Shown here: one piece after another, positions 1 to 10,700 of the stretch
Layout of the letters: the number at the start of each line of letters is the position of its first letter
Numbering within the stretch: position 1 is the first letter of the stretch
Origin: Setoptus koraiensis
Taxonomy: Eukaryota > Animalia > Arthropoda
Direction of reading: 5' to 3'
NCBI GenBank assembly: GCA_048013815.1
Contig: CM106586.1
Span: forward strand, 10,168,001 to 10,232,000
DNA: 64,000 nt
Position numbers and translations under genes: made by a program
The notes under the pieces: model-generated
The model's database searches: none
What the model was told of the DNA's origin: nothing
Seen by the model: the letters and a program-made list of their open reading frames with translations, nothing else

Positions 1-505
1 CTTGTTGAGTTGGATTAGTGGACGTCAGAGGCTTCCTTACGGAGTCTATATTTTTAGGCTCTAACAAGAGTGTATTACACCTGATCTCCACTGGGCCTAC
101 AAGACGGATTACACTGTCGGGCTTAATGTCCGTAAGCTTATCAATCGGTACCAATTCAATGGCTTTCATCTTATTTCCAGCCTGGTCCGAAAGAAGCAAA
201 TGATACATCCTAGGGCCCTTTCTTTTTATATCTTTCTTGCCCGCTTTCTGAGGCTGATATTTGGAGGCTATTCTTTTGGCTGTGTTACCTGCATCGTCAT
301 CTGCCTCCTCCTCTTCATCATCGGAATTGTTTTCATCTTCATCATCAATGTCCAAGAATGGGTTGGACATATCCTTGGCGGGCAAACTGATATCAAGGAC
401 AGTTTCCACTCTCAAATATATACTATTATCGAATATTTTTTTCTTGGGGTCGACGGAAACGCTGGGCAGTGTTACTCTGTTCTGAGCAAACTCTGGATAG
501 TCCAT
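1..505 (-). CDS. RMI1: RMI1-like OB-fold protein (RecQ-mediated genome instability 1); partial, runs off the window edge
   Basis: Absent from the ORF track; translated by hand from the ATG at 505, open to the window edge: MDYPEFAQNRVTLPSVSVDPKKKIFDNSIYLRVETVLDISLPA...(acidic loop)...KGPRMYHLLLSDQAGNKMKAIELVPIDKLTDIKPDSVIRLVGPVEIRCNTLLLEPKNI. This matches the RMI1 OB1 pattern (LQINSLVDVSQPA...PSRMLMLQLTDG...LGVLLLKPENV). The long insertion loop favours RMI1 over TDRD3. Confidence 0.75.
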   Translation of the reverse strand, partial: MDYPEFAQNRVTLPSVSVDPKKKIFDNSIYLRVETVLDISLPAKDMSNPFLDIDDEDENNSDDEEEEADDDAGNTAKRIASKYQPQKAGKKDIKRKGPRMYHLLLSDQAGNKMKAIELVPIDKLTDIKPDSVIRLVGPVEIRCNTLLLEPKNIDSVRKPLTSTNPTQQ

Positions 506-579
506 TATCAGTTCTTCAGTTCTTATCTGGTTCTTCCTTGAAGTCAATGACGCTCAATTATACTAGTAGTTTCGCTGCG

Positions 580-972
580 CTATATTTTGAATCCTGTCTT
601 GAGTGCTAATATTTCATCCCGTTTCAATGGTTTCAGTTTGAAACCTGACAATTCCGGCTTTCCTTCGAGTTCCCTAAGATTGTCAACTTTTTTCTTCAAT
701 TCTTCGTGCAGTTCATTTATACCTTTATCTAAACTAGATAGATCGTCTGTCACAAGATTTTTCGCTTCGTTTGGGGTAACCTTGATGAACATGTTACCTA
801 TACAAAGCCATTGTTTGTTGGTGCCAAGAGAGGATTGATTCTTTGTCAAATAATTGTACACCTCGCGATTTTTGTGTCGTTTACGGTCTAAATCGATCTT
901 TTGAGCTTGATCATTGATAATGTCATCTGCTAGTAATTCTACTTGACTGAGAGCTTTGGTGATTTTATCCAT
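580..972 (-). CDS. PDRG1: p53 and DNA damage-regulated protein 1 (prefoldin-like), 130 aa, intronless
   Basis: Motifs IDLDRKRHKNRE, CIGNMFIK and EGKPELSGFKLKPL match PDRG1 (IVDLDTKRNQNRE, CFGNMFIK, QGKPELKGFNLNPL). Start placed at ATG 972 (MDKIT) rather than the track's upstream non-ATG start. Confidence 0.9.
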   Translation of the reverse strand: MDKITKALSQVELLADDIINDQAQKIDLDRKRHKNREVYNYLTKNQSSLGTNKQWLCIGNMFIKVTPNEAKNLVTDDLSSLDKGINELHEELKKKVDNLRELEGKPELSGFKLKPLKRDEILALKTGFKI

Positions 973-1370
973 AATAATAATAAGTGATGAACCAAATATT
1001 AGCGACCATAGAAGTGAGAACCAAAACGACAACAATTGAGTGCAATTAGCGCACAAATATATAAAGTGGCACAGTGATTATTATAAATTCGATTTGTGCG
1101 CAGACTAGGAACAATACTCGTTACTGGCACTGATTTGTGGACGCTTTGTCGCAAAATTGATAGTTTGACACCTCCTTTCTTCGAATAGCTATCAAGATTA
1201 GGTCAGTCTCAGGTTGCTTGGATTCGATTCATTAAACGTACTTGTAGTTTTGTGGCTCTAGCTTCAACAATGTGAGAGTGTCAGAACTTAAATACGATGT
1301 ATGAATTGAAATTTTTCAGTTTCATGTCACTGAAAATTTTCGTGAACTTTCGTCCCTTTGCGAGGGAAGA

Positions 1371-1798
1371 GCTGTCCGCTATATTCATCTTCGAAGCCTT
1401 GTAATCTTTTGCTGGGAATATATGGAAGCTCAAAGTATCTTTTACGGTCGAGATCTACACGTCTTTCCCGCTCATATACCGGTTTGGGCGAAAGTTAGTG
1501 ATTCTGAATATGGTTTCTCGGCTGAAAATAAGCAAGATAAGGCCCAAGTTAGGCTCTAGGGTACCAGAACGTTTGGTTCTATGTACCATTTTCCTGTTTT
1601 TCGCCCGGCCCTGGTTTTTCTGGTGTCTTAGGAGACGCCAGAAAATAGATGTACGCGCGCTTTTCTGTGCAGTTTTAAGTTGAAAGCTGAGTAGCGCCGC
1701 CCTGGCGACTTGACAGAAAAGCGACATGAGGGCCATCGGCAAAAGCGCACACTGCACAATGCCGAATCCGAGAACAATCGTCAGCTGAGAAATTGTGT
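1371..1798 (+). ncRNA. Candidate structured non-coding RNA, family unidentified
   Basis: Nested helices read directly: 1513-1525/1781-1793 (13 bp, 2 GU), 1560-1587 hairpin, 1607-1612/1729-1734, 1616-1628/1633-1645 (13 bp, 1 GU), 1658-1668/1713-1723 (11 bp perfect) enclosing hairpins 1670-1689 and 1690-1710; also hairpins 1371-1429 and ~1463-1494. The GU wobble pairs indicate the + strand. Confidence 0.45.
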
Positions 1799-2357
1799 GC
1801 AATCAACGTGCACATTATTCTGAGTCATGCAACAACATTGAATACATTCCAGTGAGCCTTTCCAAATAATTTGATTGTTGCTTGTCGTTCAAGCTTTGTA
1901 ATTTTGTGATATTTCATAATCAACTTTCATTACTATCTGTCGCCTGAAATACCGAATCTAATGTCACTATTACTACATTTTACAGTTTCAGTTTGACTTA
2001 ATGGCATAGAGTTATCATTGTGAAGGATATAATCTGTCGAAGGAGCCAAGAACTGCTTGAAACCATTTCTCGCCATTCATTCTCAGAGACAAATACAATG
2101 GGACATGATCATACTTAACACAATCCAATGTATCATTAATCACTAAAGAACTCATTACTATTATTCGCTATGACTACCAGAAACTATCGAATTTCGATCA
2201 CTTAAATTAAGAAACAATCGTGCTGATCAAAGCATTGCATGCGATGCTATCACGTAAAATTGTATATCATATAGAGTCTAGATCTGAGCTACCTACAGTT
2301 GACACAAGCCAGACTCAAAACTAAACAACTATCTGCATCATAAAGTATTATCGAGAT

Positions 2358-3035
2358 ATGGCCTATGAACATCATCATGGAAGTAAGTTGAACTACCTAC
2401 ACTAATTTAACTAATTTGCTGTCCTTGATTTATTTTATAATAAATTATTTTTACTCTTCTATACTCATATATCAGTCAACAGTTATATAGATGATATACC
2501 GATGAGACTTGATATTAGGTACCAACCCCTCGATTTTGAAGTCTATCTTAGCCAAAGGATAGATATTCCACAGTCCGTTGATTCCTTTCGTTATGACTTT
2601 AGTGGTGAAAAAGAAGCTCTGAACAATGTAAATATTATCCTAGAGACAGTCAATAAAGAGAGAGCACAATTGGAATCGATCAAGACACAACAGGATGAAG
2701 ATATTCCAGCCATAACTCCAACTACTGCGATACTTAATCAACCGAGCAGTTTACCTGCTATCATTAATCCGGAACCATTTTATATTGCTCCTCAACCAGC
2801 ACCTCAGCCAGTGGAGAGTGCGATTGAACCAAAATCAACAAATATCGTTACAAATCTGGTGAACCCTTGTGATTTTGAAGACAGCAGTTTCAATCCATTC
2901 GACCACGTGGAATTGCAAACTATAGATGAGTTACGTGAGTTGGATCTAGTTTTTCAAGCCTCTTATGCTAACTCCAGTGAAGCCCCAAACGATTCGTCGA
3001 CTTCAGCAGTTGCTAAGACGCCTTTTCTGCAATGA
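2358..3035 (+). CDS. UBAP1: UBAP1-like ESCRT-I subunit (UMA domain), join(2358..2382,2476..3035), 194 aa
   Basis: Exon 1 MAYEHHHG ends at donor GTAAGT 2383; acceptor ATCAG at 2475. Splicing gives INSYIDDIPMRL...RYDFSGEKEAL (UMA: SYLDDVP...YDFSLEK) and DFEDSSFNPFDHVELQTIDELREL (cf. UBAP1 [23 protein letters not shown]). Confidence 0.8.
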
Positions 3036-3536
3036 ACAAGATTAACATTTAATTAAATAGTATAATGTATACATTTCATCAGGGTAAAATCTTTACTTCC
3101 CTGTGTTGTGCTAAGTTTATTAATAATGTATTACAGTTTATACGTTTACTTGAACAAGTTAATGTCTACAATACTCGACGTCTCGTTGAGCTACCAAGTT
3201 GTTTGGCTGGACCTTTAAGTTCAACAAAGGTATGTTGAGATGCTGGTGTTGCAGCTGGATACAGCTCCACGTGAAAAAGCTTTTCAGTGAGCTCAGCAGG
3301 TTCATCAGATTCTAAATTTCTGTCAATTGTGATTACTATATGATATCTAGCGTGTGGTGTAATTCTACTCGTAGATAAAGGTTTATCCGCCGACTTGAAT
3401 ACATTAGATGCTTCATTTTTTTCTAATAGTATAGTTTCATTTTTTGGGTCTATGCTAAGCTAGACCAACACGAAGATTTTCCTTGTTTGAAATCAAATAA
3501 CGCATTGATGGTATCGTCAGCCATAGGCATTTCTAT
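2999..3536. repeat. Local segmental duplication, copy A (UBAP1 3' end + shared 3' region + degenerate twinfilin 3' part)
   Basis: Direct repeat of 6388..7076 at roughly 90-97% identity by eye, lacking the segment 6724..6876. Confidence 0.95.
3166..3536 (-). pseudogene. Twinfilin pseudogene fragment (C-terminal ADF-H domain and tail)
   Basis: Aligns to twinfilin 6555..7076. Carries a 153-nt deletion, a CAG>TAG nonsense change near 3461, an adjacent small frameshifting indel, and has no 5' half. Confidence 0.9.
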
Positions 3537-3912
3537 TATAATAGACAACAATTTTCGTTGCCGACGGATTAAAAGTTTAGCTAGTTATTAAATCGCCATG
3601 CTTGACAAAAAGTGTCACTATGAACCCACAATCACTCAATGAATTGGCGTCATCAAAACAGATGAGAGAATTTATTTGATAATTCTCTAATGGTCGCCAT
3701 GAGTTACTATCACTTTTGTTTCATTATGTGTTCTGAACTGTCACCGATACCAGACAGTGGCGAATTGTCTGAGCTAGTTCGTGCTCGGGAGAAATTTTCG
3801 TTCGTGTTGGCGAACAATTTTTTGTTTGTTTGAAGAATAAATAAACAAAGTTTCCAGAGAGAGATAGTGACAGTTTTTCCATCAGCAATCAATTGCAATA
3901 CGACAAGTGGCG

Positions 3913-6049
3913 ATGAATTCGATTGAAACTAATGGTACTCTCTCGAATGACGGAATAAATGACTCAACCACACGTTCTATGCCAAATGATCAAAGTCGAA
4001 AACTCAGAAACAGTTTTAGCAAGAGAAATGGAGTTAACGTTTCGAGCAAAATGGAGAAACAAAAGTCCATAGAAACTTTCGAACTGTCTGAGAGCCTCAC
4101 GACTCAACGACAGTGGCCCAACAAAATTTTCCATCACACCAGATGGATAGTCATGCTTTTGGCCTCAACTGGGGTGGCTCTGGTGTTCATGTTGCGTCTG
4201 TCAATTACAGTGGCCATAGTTAAGATGGTCAATCATACTGCTCTCAATGATTTAGAGCATCCATTCGGACGCAAAGAGGATCTAACTTCAGAGTCCGAGT
4301 TAATTCCTATTGTCGATGGCGAATTTGTTTGGTCAAACTTTGAACAAAGTCTGATCATCAATATTTATTTTATCGGTTATACTGTAAGTAAAAACCAAAA
4401 AGATTCTTGTTTATGGCTAAATCTTCTTTGTAACTATGCAGAGTTGAACTAGCATTTGTGATCTGTCCTTCGTCAAAACATCTACGCAAAGTTGCCCCAA
4501 ATTTCCCTCTCGCATTGGGCTGGTAAAAATGGAGTTTATTTACCAATCGCACTATCACTATTAGTTACTCTGATAACACTAGCTCTCATGCCAAGTGCTG
4601 TCTATTTGGGCTGGCAATGGCTGGTTGTACTAAGATTTTTCATGGGTCTTGGAGGGTCCGCTTGTTATCCAATATTTTTCGGTAAGATTGATATAAAAAG
4701 TAAAAATGACAGCACTGGATACTCACTACTAATCAATTCACCAGAATAAAATTATAATGGAACGAATATTGAATGATGATGACGGTGTGGTACAAATAAT
4801 CAATATGCTAAAATGAATCCATCAAAACAATTTTCGTTAGGTATGATTGATAAGTGGTTACCCTCCCACGAGACTACGAGGGCCCTATTGATGATGCAAT
4901 TCTTCGACATTGGTGGCTGCTCTATCACACCGTTGATCACGAGTTGGCTGTGCTCTTTTCACTGGTCTTGGTCCTTCTATGGATTTTGTTCCATGGGAGC
5001 TATCTGGTTGGTACTTTGGCTGATAGTAGTGAGAAATTCGCCAGAAGAATGCTGGCTTGTTAGCCAAAGTGAATTAAAAATTATTCTGTCAAAGAGAGGA
5101 TTGAAATCATCCAATGATGGTGAATCTGCAGTATCCTCAACCCCATGGAAGAAGTTGTTTGGCTCAGGAAACTTTTATCTATTGATGGGGACTTTTGTTA
5201 TCTACAATGCTACATCAATTTCTTTCAGTAACTTTTTACCAACCTACATGAGAGTGATCAAGAGAATGGACATGGACTCTATAGGTCTGACATGCAGTCT
5301 TATACAGTCTGCCTCGTTGTTGACGTTGCTATGGGCTGGTGAATTGTTAGAATTTCTTATCCTCAAATTAAAATGGTCAGGATACAAATCTAGAACCTTG
5401 GTATATTGTATAGGTGAGAACATCAAACAGATGAAAGAATCAACATTAATATGTAATTTCTTCACACTCTATCACGTCTGGTGCCACAAAGAGCTTTCTT
5501 GAGACGATCAAGATATTAACCATATTGTCATACTCGTTTCTATGTATCGTACGGACTAGGCTCCACTGGTTGTCTCATAACTTGGATACTACCAACATTT
5601 ATTAATCGTGGGGAAAGCATACTATTCGCATTCAACAAGTGTCTCCATTCGGCCACAGACCTAGTCTTGATGGGCACTATTATCGATGACTGGAGTCAGG
5701 CTGGTCTCAGCGGAGCCATGTTCAGTGTATACAATACCATAAGTTGCGGCTTGATACCCGTGTTTGGTGGTTGTATCGGATTAGTATTTGATGCGATGGT
5801 GAGAATTTTCAGCATAAAATTAAATTTACGAATCATAGAACTTGCATGCTTGACTCATCCAATATCTGCGAATCTCCTGGAATAAATCAACTATCGATAA
5901 AAATTTAGGGTGGAACACAAACTGCGTGGAATTGGTTTTTCTGCTGCCTTGGTTTTGTCAACTTTTTGGGTTTCATTTTTTTCTTGGCATTGAAACAGAC
6001 TCCACCTAATAGTGAAGCTAACAAAAACTCAGTGGCGAATCTTCCCTGA
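3913..6049 (+). CDS. SLC17-family (sialin/VGLUT-like) MFS anion transporter, join(3913..4383,4492..4681,4841..5413,5560..5798,5909..6049), 537 aa
   Basis: Four GT-AG introns give a continuous frame. Motifs RLSITVAIVKMVNHT, DGEFVWSNFEQSLI, FIGYT|LPQ, VLRFFMGLG, G|MIDKWLPSHE, WSWSFYGF and WLIVVRNSPEE are typical of the anion:cation symporter family. Confidence 0.8.
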
Positions 6050-6387
6050 TCTTCCGATGATACCATGAATATGAATTTGCTCGGGACTCCAAGCCGAATT
6101 TATCATGATGCAATAATTCCAAACATTTATACTGATGTGAGATACATACTATGTCAATCAAATGTGATCATATCCAACCAAACAGAAGGAAATTAACTAC
6201 AATTCTTAAATAACCTTATTGAACTGATAACTTTATTGAATGTTATCCAAGTTTTGTCAGTGCTCAGTTTTGGAAATTTTACTTTTCGACTTGGCCACCT
6301 GTATCAAACTATTTAGAGACATCATCATGTGAGCGTGGCTCTTCAAAATACATCGCAGGTCAATCTGCGAACAATGGTCTAACCAAT

Positions 6388-7076
6388 GACTTCAACGCTT
6401 GCTAAGATGCCATTTCTGCAATGAACAAGATTAAAATTTAATTAAATAGTATAATGTATACATTTCATCAGGGTAAAATCTTTACTTCCCTGTGTTGTGC
6501 TAAGTTTATTAATAATGTATTACAGTTTATGCGTTTACTCGAACAAGATAATGTCTATAATACTCGACGTCTCGTTGTGCTACTATGTTGTTTGGCTGGA
6601 CCTTTGGGTTTAACAAAGGTCTGTTGAGATGCTGGTGTTGCAGCTGGATACAGCTCCTCGTGAAAAAGCTTTTCAGTGAGCTCAGCAGGTTCATCAGATT
6701 CTAACTTTCTGTCAATCGTGATTCCAATCTTGGTTTCGTCTTGTATCACTGCTAACAAAGAATTTTTGCATGACGAGTACAACATCCTCTCCTTGACAGG
6801 GCATCCAGAGGACGGTATGGTATAAATAAATAGATTTGATTTAATTTTTTTCTTTTCATGCAAGTGCTCATAGGCTACTATATGATATCTAGCGTGATTA
6901 GGTGGTGTAATTCTAGATAAAGGTTTATCCGCCAACTTGAATACATTAGATGGTTCATTTTTTTCTAATAGTATAGTTTCATTCTTTGGGTCTATGCTAA
7001 GCTGGACGTAAGAAGATTTCCCTTGTTTGAAATCGAACAACGCATTGATAGCATCGTCAGCTATAGGCATTTCTAT
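6388..7076. repeat. Local segmental duplication, copy B (remnant UBAP1 tail + shared 3' region + intact twinfilin 3' part)
   Basis: Begins with ACTTCAACGCTTGCTAAGATGCCATTTCTGCAATGA (TSTLAKMPFLQ*), a relic of the UBAP1 tail (TSAVAKTPFLQ*); the rest of UBAP1 is absent upstream. Confidence 0.95.
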
Positions 7077-7787
7077 ATTAGGCAAACTCCTATTGACTTT
7101 GCTGGAATCCTTGGAGTTCATGGCTGCTAGATCGGCTGATATCGCCGCTTCATCTAACTTGACTTGTTGAAGCTCTTGTTCACTTAGAGATAGTTCATTT
7201 AAATCTACGTGTCCTTCACGAATATGCTGTTTACGTTCTATCCATTTCTTTACTGAACTTAGTGCCAGATCCTCCATAGTTGAAGCAAAATAATCGGCAA
7301 ATATAGAACCGCCACCAAACTCTATCTTCAAAGTGGACTTTGTGGAGGCGTATATCATCTTCTCTCGCACTGGACTTGATTCAGGTGACCAACTAACAAA
7401 AAGCCATTGATCAGAAGAAGACTCATTAGGTAGATCATCATATCTATTATTGTTATTGTTGTTGTTGTTGCTCAAATTGGAGCTAGGCGATAACGTCCTG
7501 TGCACTATTGTAGATGGAGGTTTTGCTACAACTATGTCTGGACCTTCTGCACTATCCAATCGAAATAATATATAGCAAGGTTTTTGTTTGGGCACAAAAG
7601 ATTCTTTTATGTAATCTCGCCAATCCGACTTCCAATCACTGGAAGCTGACATAGGTTTAGAATCATCTAACTTAAGTTTTTCCTTATCGATTGATAATTT
7701 GAGACATCTTATCTGTCGTTCGGACTTGCATTTACCAAATTCGAGCTTGAGCTCATCGGTCGCGTGTATTCCAGTTTGGTGAGACAT
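6555..7787 (-). CDS. TWF: Twinfilin (two ADF-H domains), 410 aa, intronless
   Basis: MSHQTGIHA start, YILFRLDS, SWSPESSPVREKMIYASTKSTLKIEFGGG, CPVKERMLYSSCK, EKLFHEELYP and the FVKPKGPA tail. Confidence 0.95.
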   Translation of the reverse strand: MSHQTGIHATDELKLEFGKCKSERQIRCLKLSIDKEKLKLDDSKPMSASSDWKSDWRDYIKESFVPKQKPCYILFRLDSAEGPDIVVAKPPSTIVHRTLSPSSNLSNNNNNNNNRYDDLPNESSSDQWLFVSWSPESSPVREKMIYASTKSTLKIEFGGGSIFADYFASTMEDLALSSVKKWIERKQHIREGHVDLNELSLSEQELQQVKLDEAAISADLAAMNSKDSSKVNRSLPNIEMPIADDAINALFDFKQGKSSYVQLSIDPKNETILLEKNEPSNVFKLADKPLSRITPPNHARYHIVAYEHLHEKKKIKSNLFIYTIPSSGCPVKERMLYSSCKNSLLAVIQDETKIGITIDRKLESDEPAELTEKLFHEELYPAATPASQQTFVKPKGPAKQHSSTTRRRVL

Positions 7788-10700
7788 GTTCGATAATACG
7801 ACTATATTTGTTTGCTTACTTGTGGATATTTTCAAATGATAAAATATCTGTGTGTTGTTTTCTTAATAATAGAATACTGATGGAAGATTACAATATAAAA
7901 TGAATTGAGCTTGCAATTGTTCAACAATTTACTTTTGATCTGAAATTGTGAGATGAATAATTATCCTAAACGATGACGAATCTGCCCGAGAAGATCCAAT
8001 CCGTATCAGTTGTGCCTCTTGTGCAGATGATTTGTAAGCTCACAGATTGGAGCAACTAACTACATGTATATTTACATACAGAGTTATATGTATAAATTTC
8101 TATAAGTCTTGAAGCCTACATAAGTACAAGGAGCGTTGTAATGTCGTACGAAGAGAATGTGTTGAAGAGTAAAAGGGGCGTAAGATATCATTAGTTGCGG
8201 CAGAGGATATAGTAGTAAGGCTCAAATAGTCTTTATGGAAGTAAATTGTTCTCTAAGTTATGCGTCATAACTTTTGTGCTAACACTAACGGAAATCTAGG
8301 CACACGACTCCAACTAGTGAATTAGTTTAGGAGAATGTAAATCTGCATTTGTTATGTAATGTTATGACATTGGCTCTAGACTAACATCTTGTAATGTTAG
8401 TCCAACGTAACTGTTATTATCTTTGGACTCAACTTTCAGCTATACTGACTTACTGCTAGCTAGCAGTATAATGGAATGAAAAGTTTTTATTGGTTCAATT
8501 TTTTTACTTTAGAGTAAAATAGAGATTGAGTAAGAGTGAGGAAGAAGCAGAGGTTGTCAGTAGGTCAATCGTGCCAGGAGATGATGCCTAGAGATACGAT
8601 GCCTGAAAAATATCATGCATTGTTAATACAACTCTGTGAGGAAGAGTTTAAAGCAACAGAAAGTCTCAACATGGAAAAATTTGTATTGACACATAAAGAT
8701 AGAGCGATAATTAAATGTTAGCATAAAAGTTACTGGAGCGAGCATAAGCTGACTCAATGAATACAAAAATATTCATTGAATAGCGTTTGAGCTGTTGTTC
8801 ATTAACATATCAGACGATCATTATTCAAGTGTGAGAGTTTATAAAATCAAGAGCGGACTAAACTTGATAGTGGAGTTAATTTACCTTTGGATTACGGTTA
8901 GAGTCCAACTTCCTGGGTTGACAATATCGCTATGATATGTGTGTTTGAAAAAAAACTTTGTTTCGTCGAAAAGAACTTGATTTTTCGATTCAGAGCACCA
9001 TCTATCATGTCTTAGAACCAATTGCTAATGATTAAAACAGCGTGAGAATAATAACACATTGTGTGACTGCTGTTATTTGTTATTTTCATGTAATGTAGTG
9101 GATGTTCGTAGTTGTTTCAATTCCTGTTGTTGCGGTGGCATATCCCACACACACACACAGTCAAACAAATAATAACATGTACCAATATGTCAACAAACCT
9201 ATTGTATAAACGGCGGCGTTGCAGTTGGACAGTGAATAGAGTTGTTACTACAAAAGTTACTCTATGGTGACAATCAGTGATGCAGTTTCATCAGATCATT
9301 CTACATCAGACAAAAGTAGAGAATTGGTCTAATGTTGCAACTTGCAATGTTGGGCTTGGGTATAGTTAAGTTAACTAAAATGGAGTTTCAGTATTCACTA
9401 TTTGAGCGATGATTGTGTGTGGTGTACAATCCTATTACTACTACTACAACTACTGCTACTGACACCACTATTGATACTACTACTGCACTAGTAGATATTT
9501 GTACAGATAAATCATGAAGTCCTTCCCTTACAAACAACAGTGGTTCTTGTTTATCGTTGATATTTTAAGTGATAAATATGCATAAAGCTCGTAGGGTTCA
9601 TGAGCTTTACAAGTACAACATCATGTTGTATAGTAGACTGGTAGCTGAATTAGTTATCGATCGTTGGATTAAACCAATGATTGACGGCAATAATGTGTTA
9701 TTTTGTGTCAAATAATGTGTGATGATTGATACAAGATAGTTGATCGAATTATATGATCCAGCTATTTGATAGATTTAATCTGATTGATTAAGATGTGTCT
9801 CACTAAATATGCAAGCATAAATAGTAGATCTGATGGATAAATCCTTGAGCCGAGATGACTAATACATGAGTAACGATAATTGTGAGATTCCTTGAAATGA
9901 TCGGCCTCTTGCCGAAATTAATTGTAATTCTTCAGCTCGATCTATTATGCTTGATTTCTATCTATCTGTTTTATCACGTTACTGTTGTTGGTGTTCTCGA
10001 ATTGTTATTGATCAATTTGATTCACCTAAAGCTGGATGAAACAAATGTCTGCAGCAGTTTCTAGTCCAATTGTCGATTCGACTTATGGCGATAAACACAC
10101 TCGTTATTATTATTCCGCTACAATTTGTTGTTATTATTATTTGATTGATGTGGTACCATTATTAAAGATGACAGTACTAATTATGTGGATTTTTCCAATC
10201 GGGTAATCAATGGCAAACATATGGACAACTGATAAAATCATTGATCTATTTTGTCCGTCAACAACAATACAGTGACCAGATGATAGCTGACACGATTCGT
10301 AATCGTTGTGCAGAAGGAGGGCTTTGCTCACTCATACCTTGTACTGCTGTGAGAACTCTTTTTAAAACTGATTTATTGAGTGCTAGAAACTTCCGCCAGG
10401 GCAGCGCTTTATTGATTTCCTCGCGATGCCGAAAGAAGACGCGAATCAAAATAATAGTCAGCAGAAAGTGCTGTACAGTCACCCCATTGGCCGGGAGATC
10501 TTGTGCGCAAAATTAATAGAACACTCCAATATTGACTGCGGATTTCAAAGCGCTGCCAGCGCCCCTGATGGCGGTGAAGGGAACGTGAAACCGATCAAAC
10601 AGTACACAATTGCGTACACGCACACAGGACACACGAATGCCATGACCATGGTCAAACAAAAAAGCCAGCCATGCGCCACTTCATTTGCAATATTGCAACA

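Noticed and set aside
1455-1802. Track ORFs 1455..1802 (-) and 1498..1683 (+)
   Set aside because: The longer one has a non-ATG start, neither has a recognisable motif, and both are better explained by the RNA-like structure.
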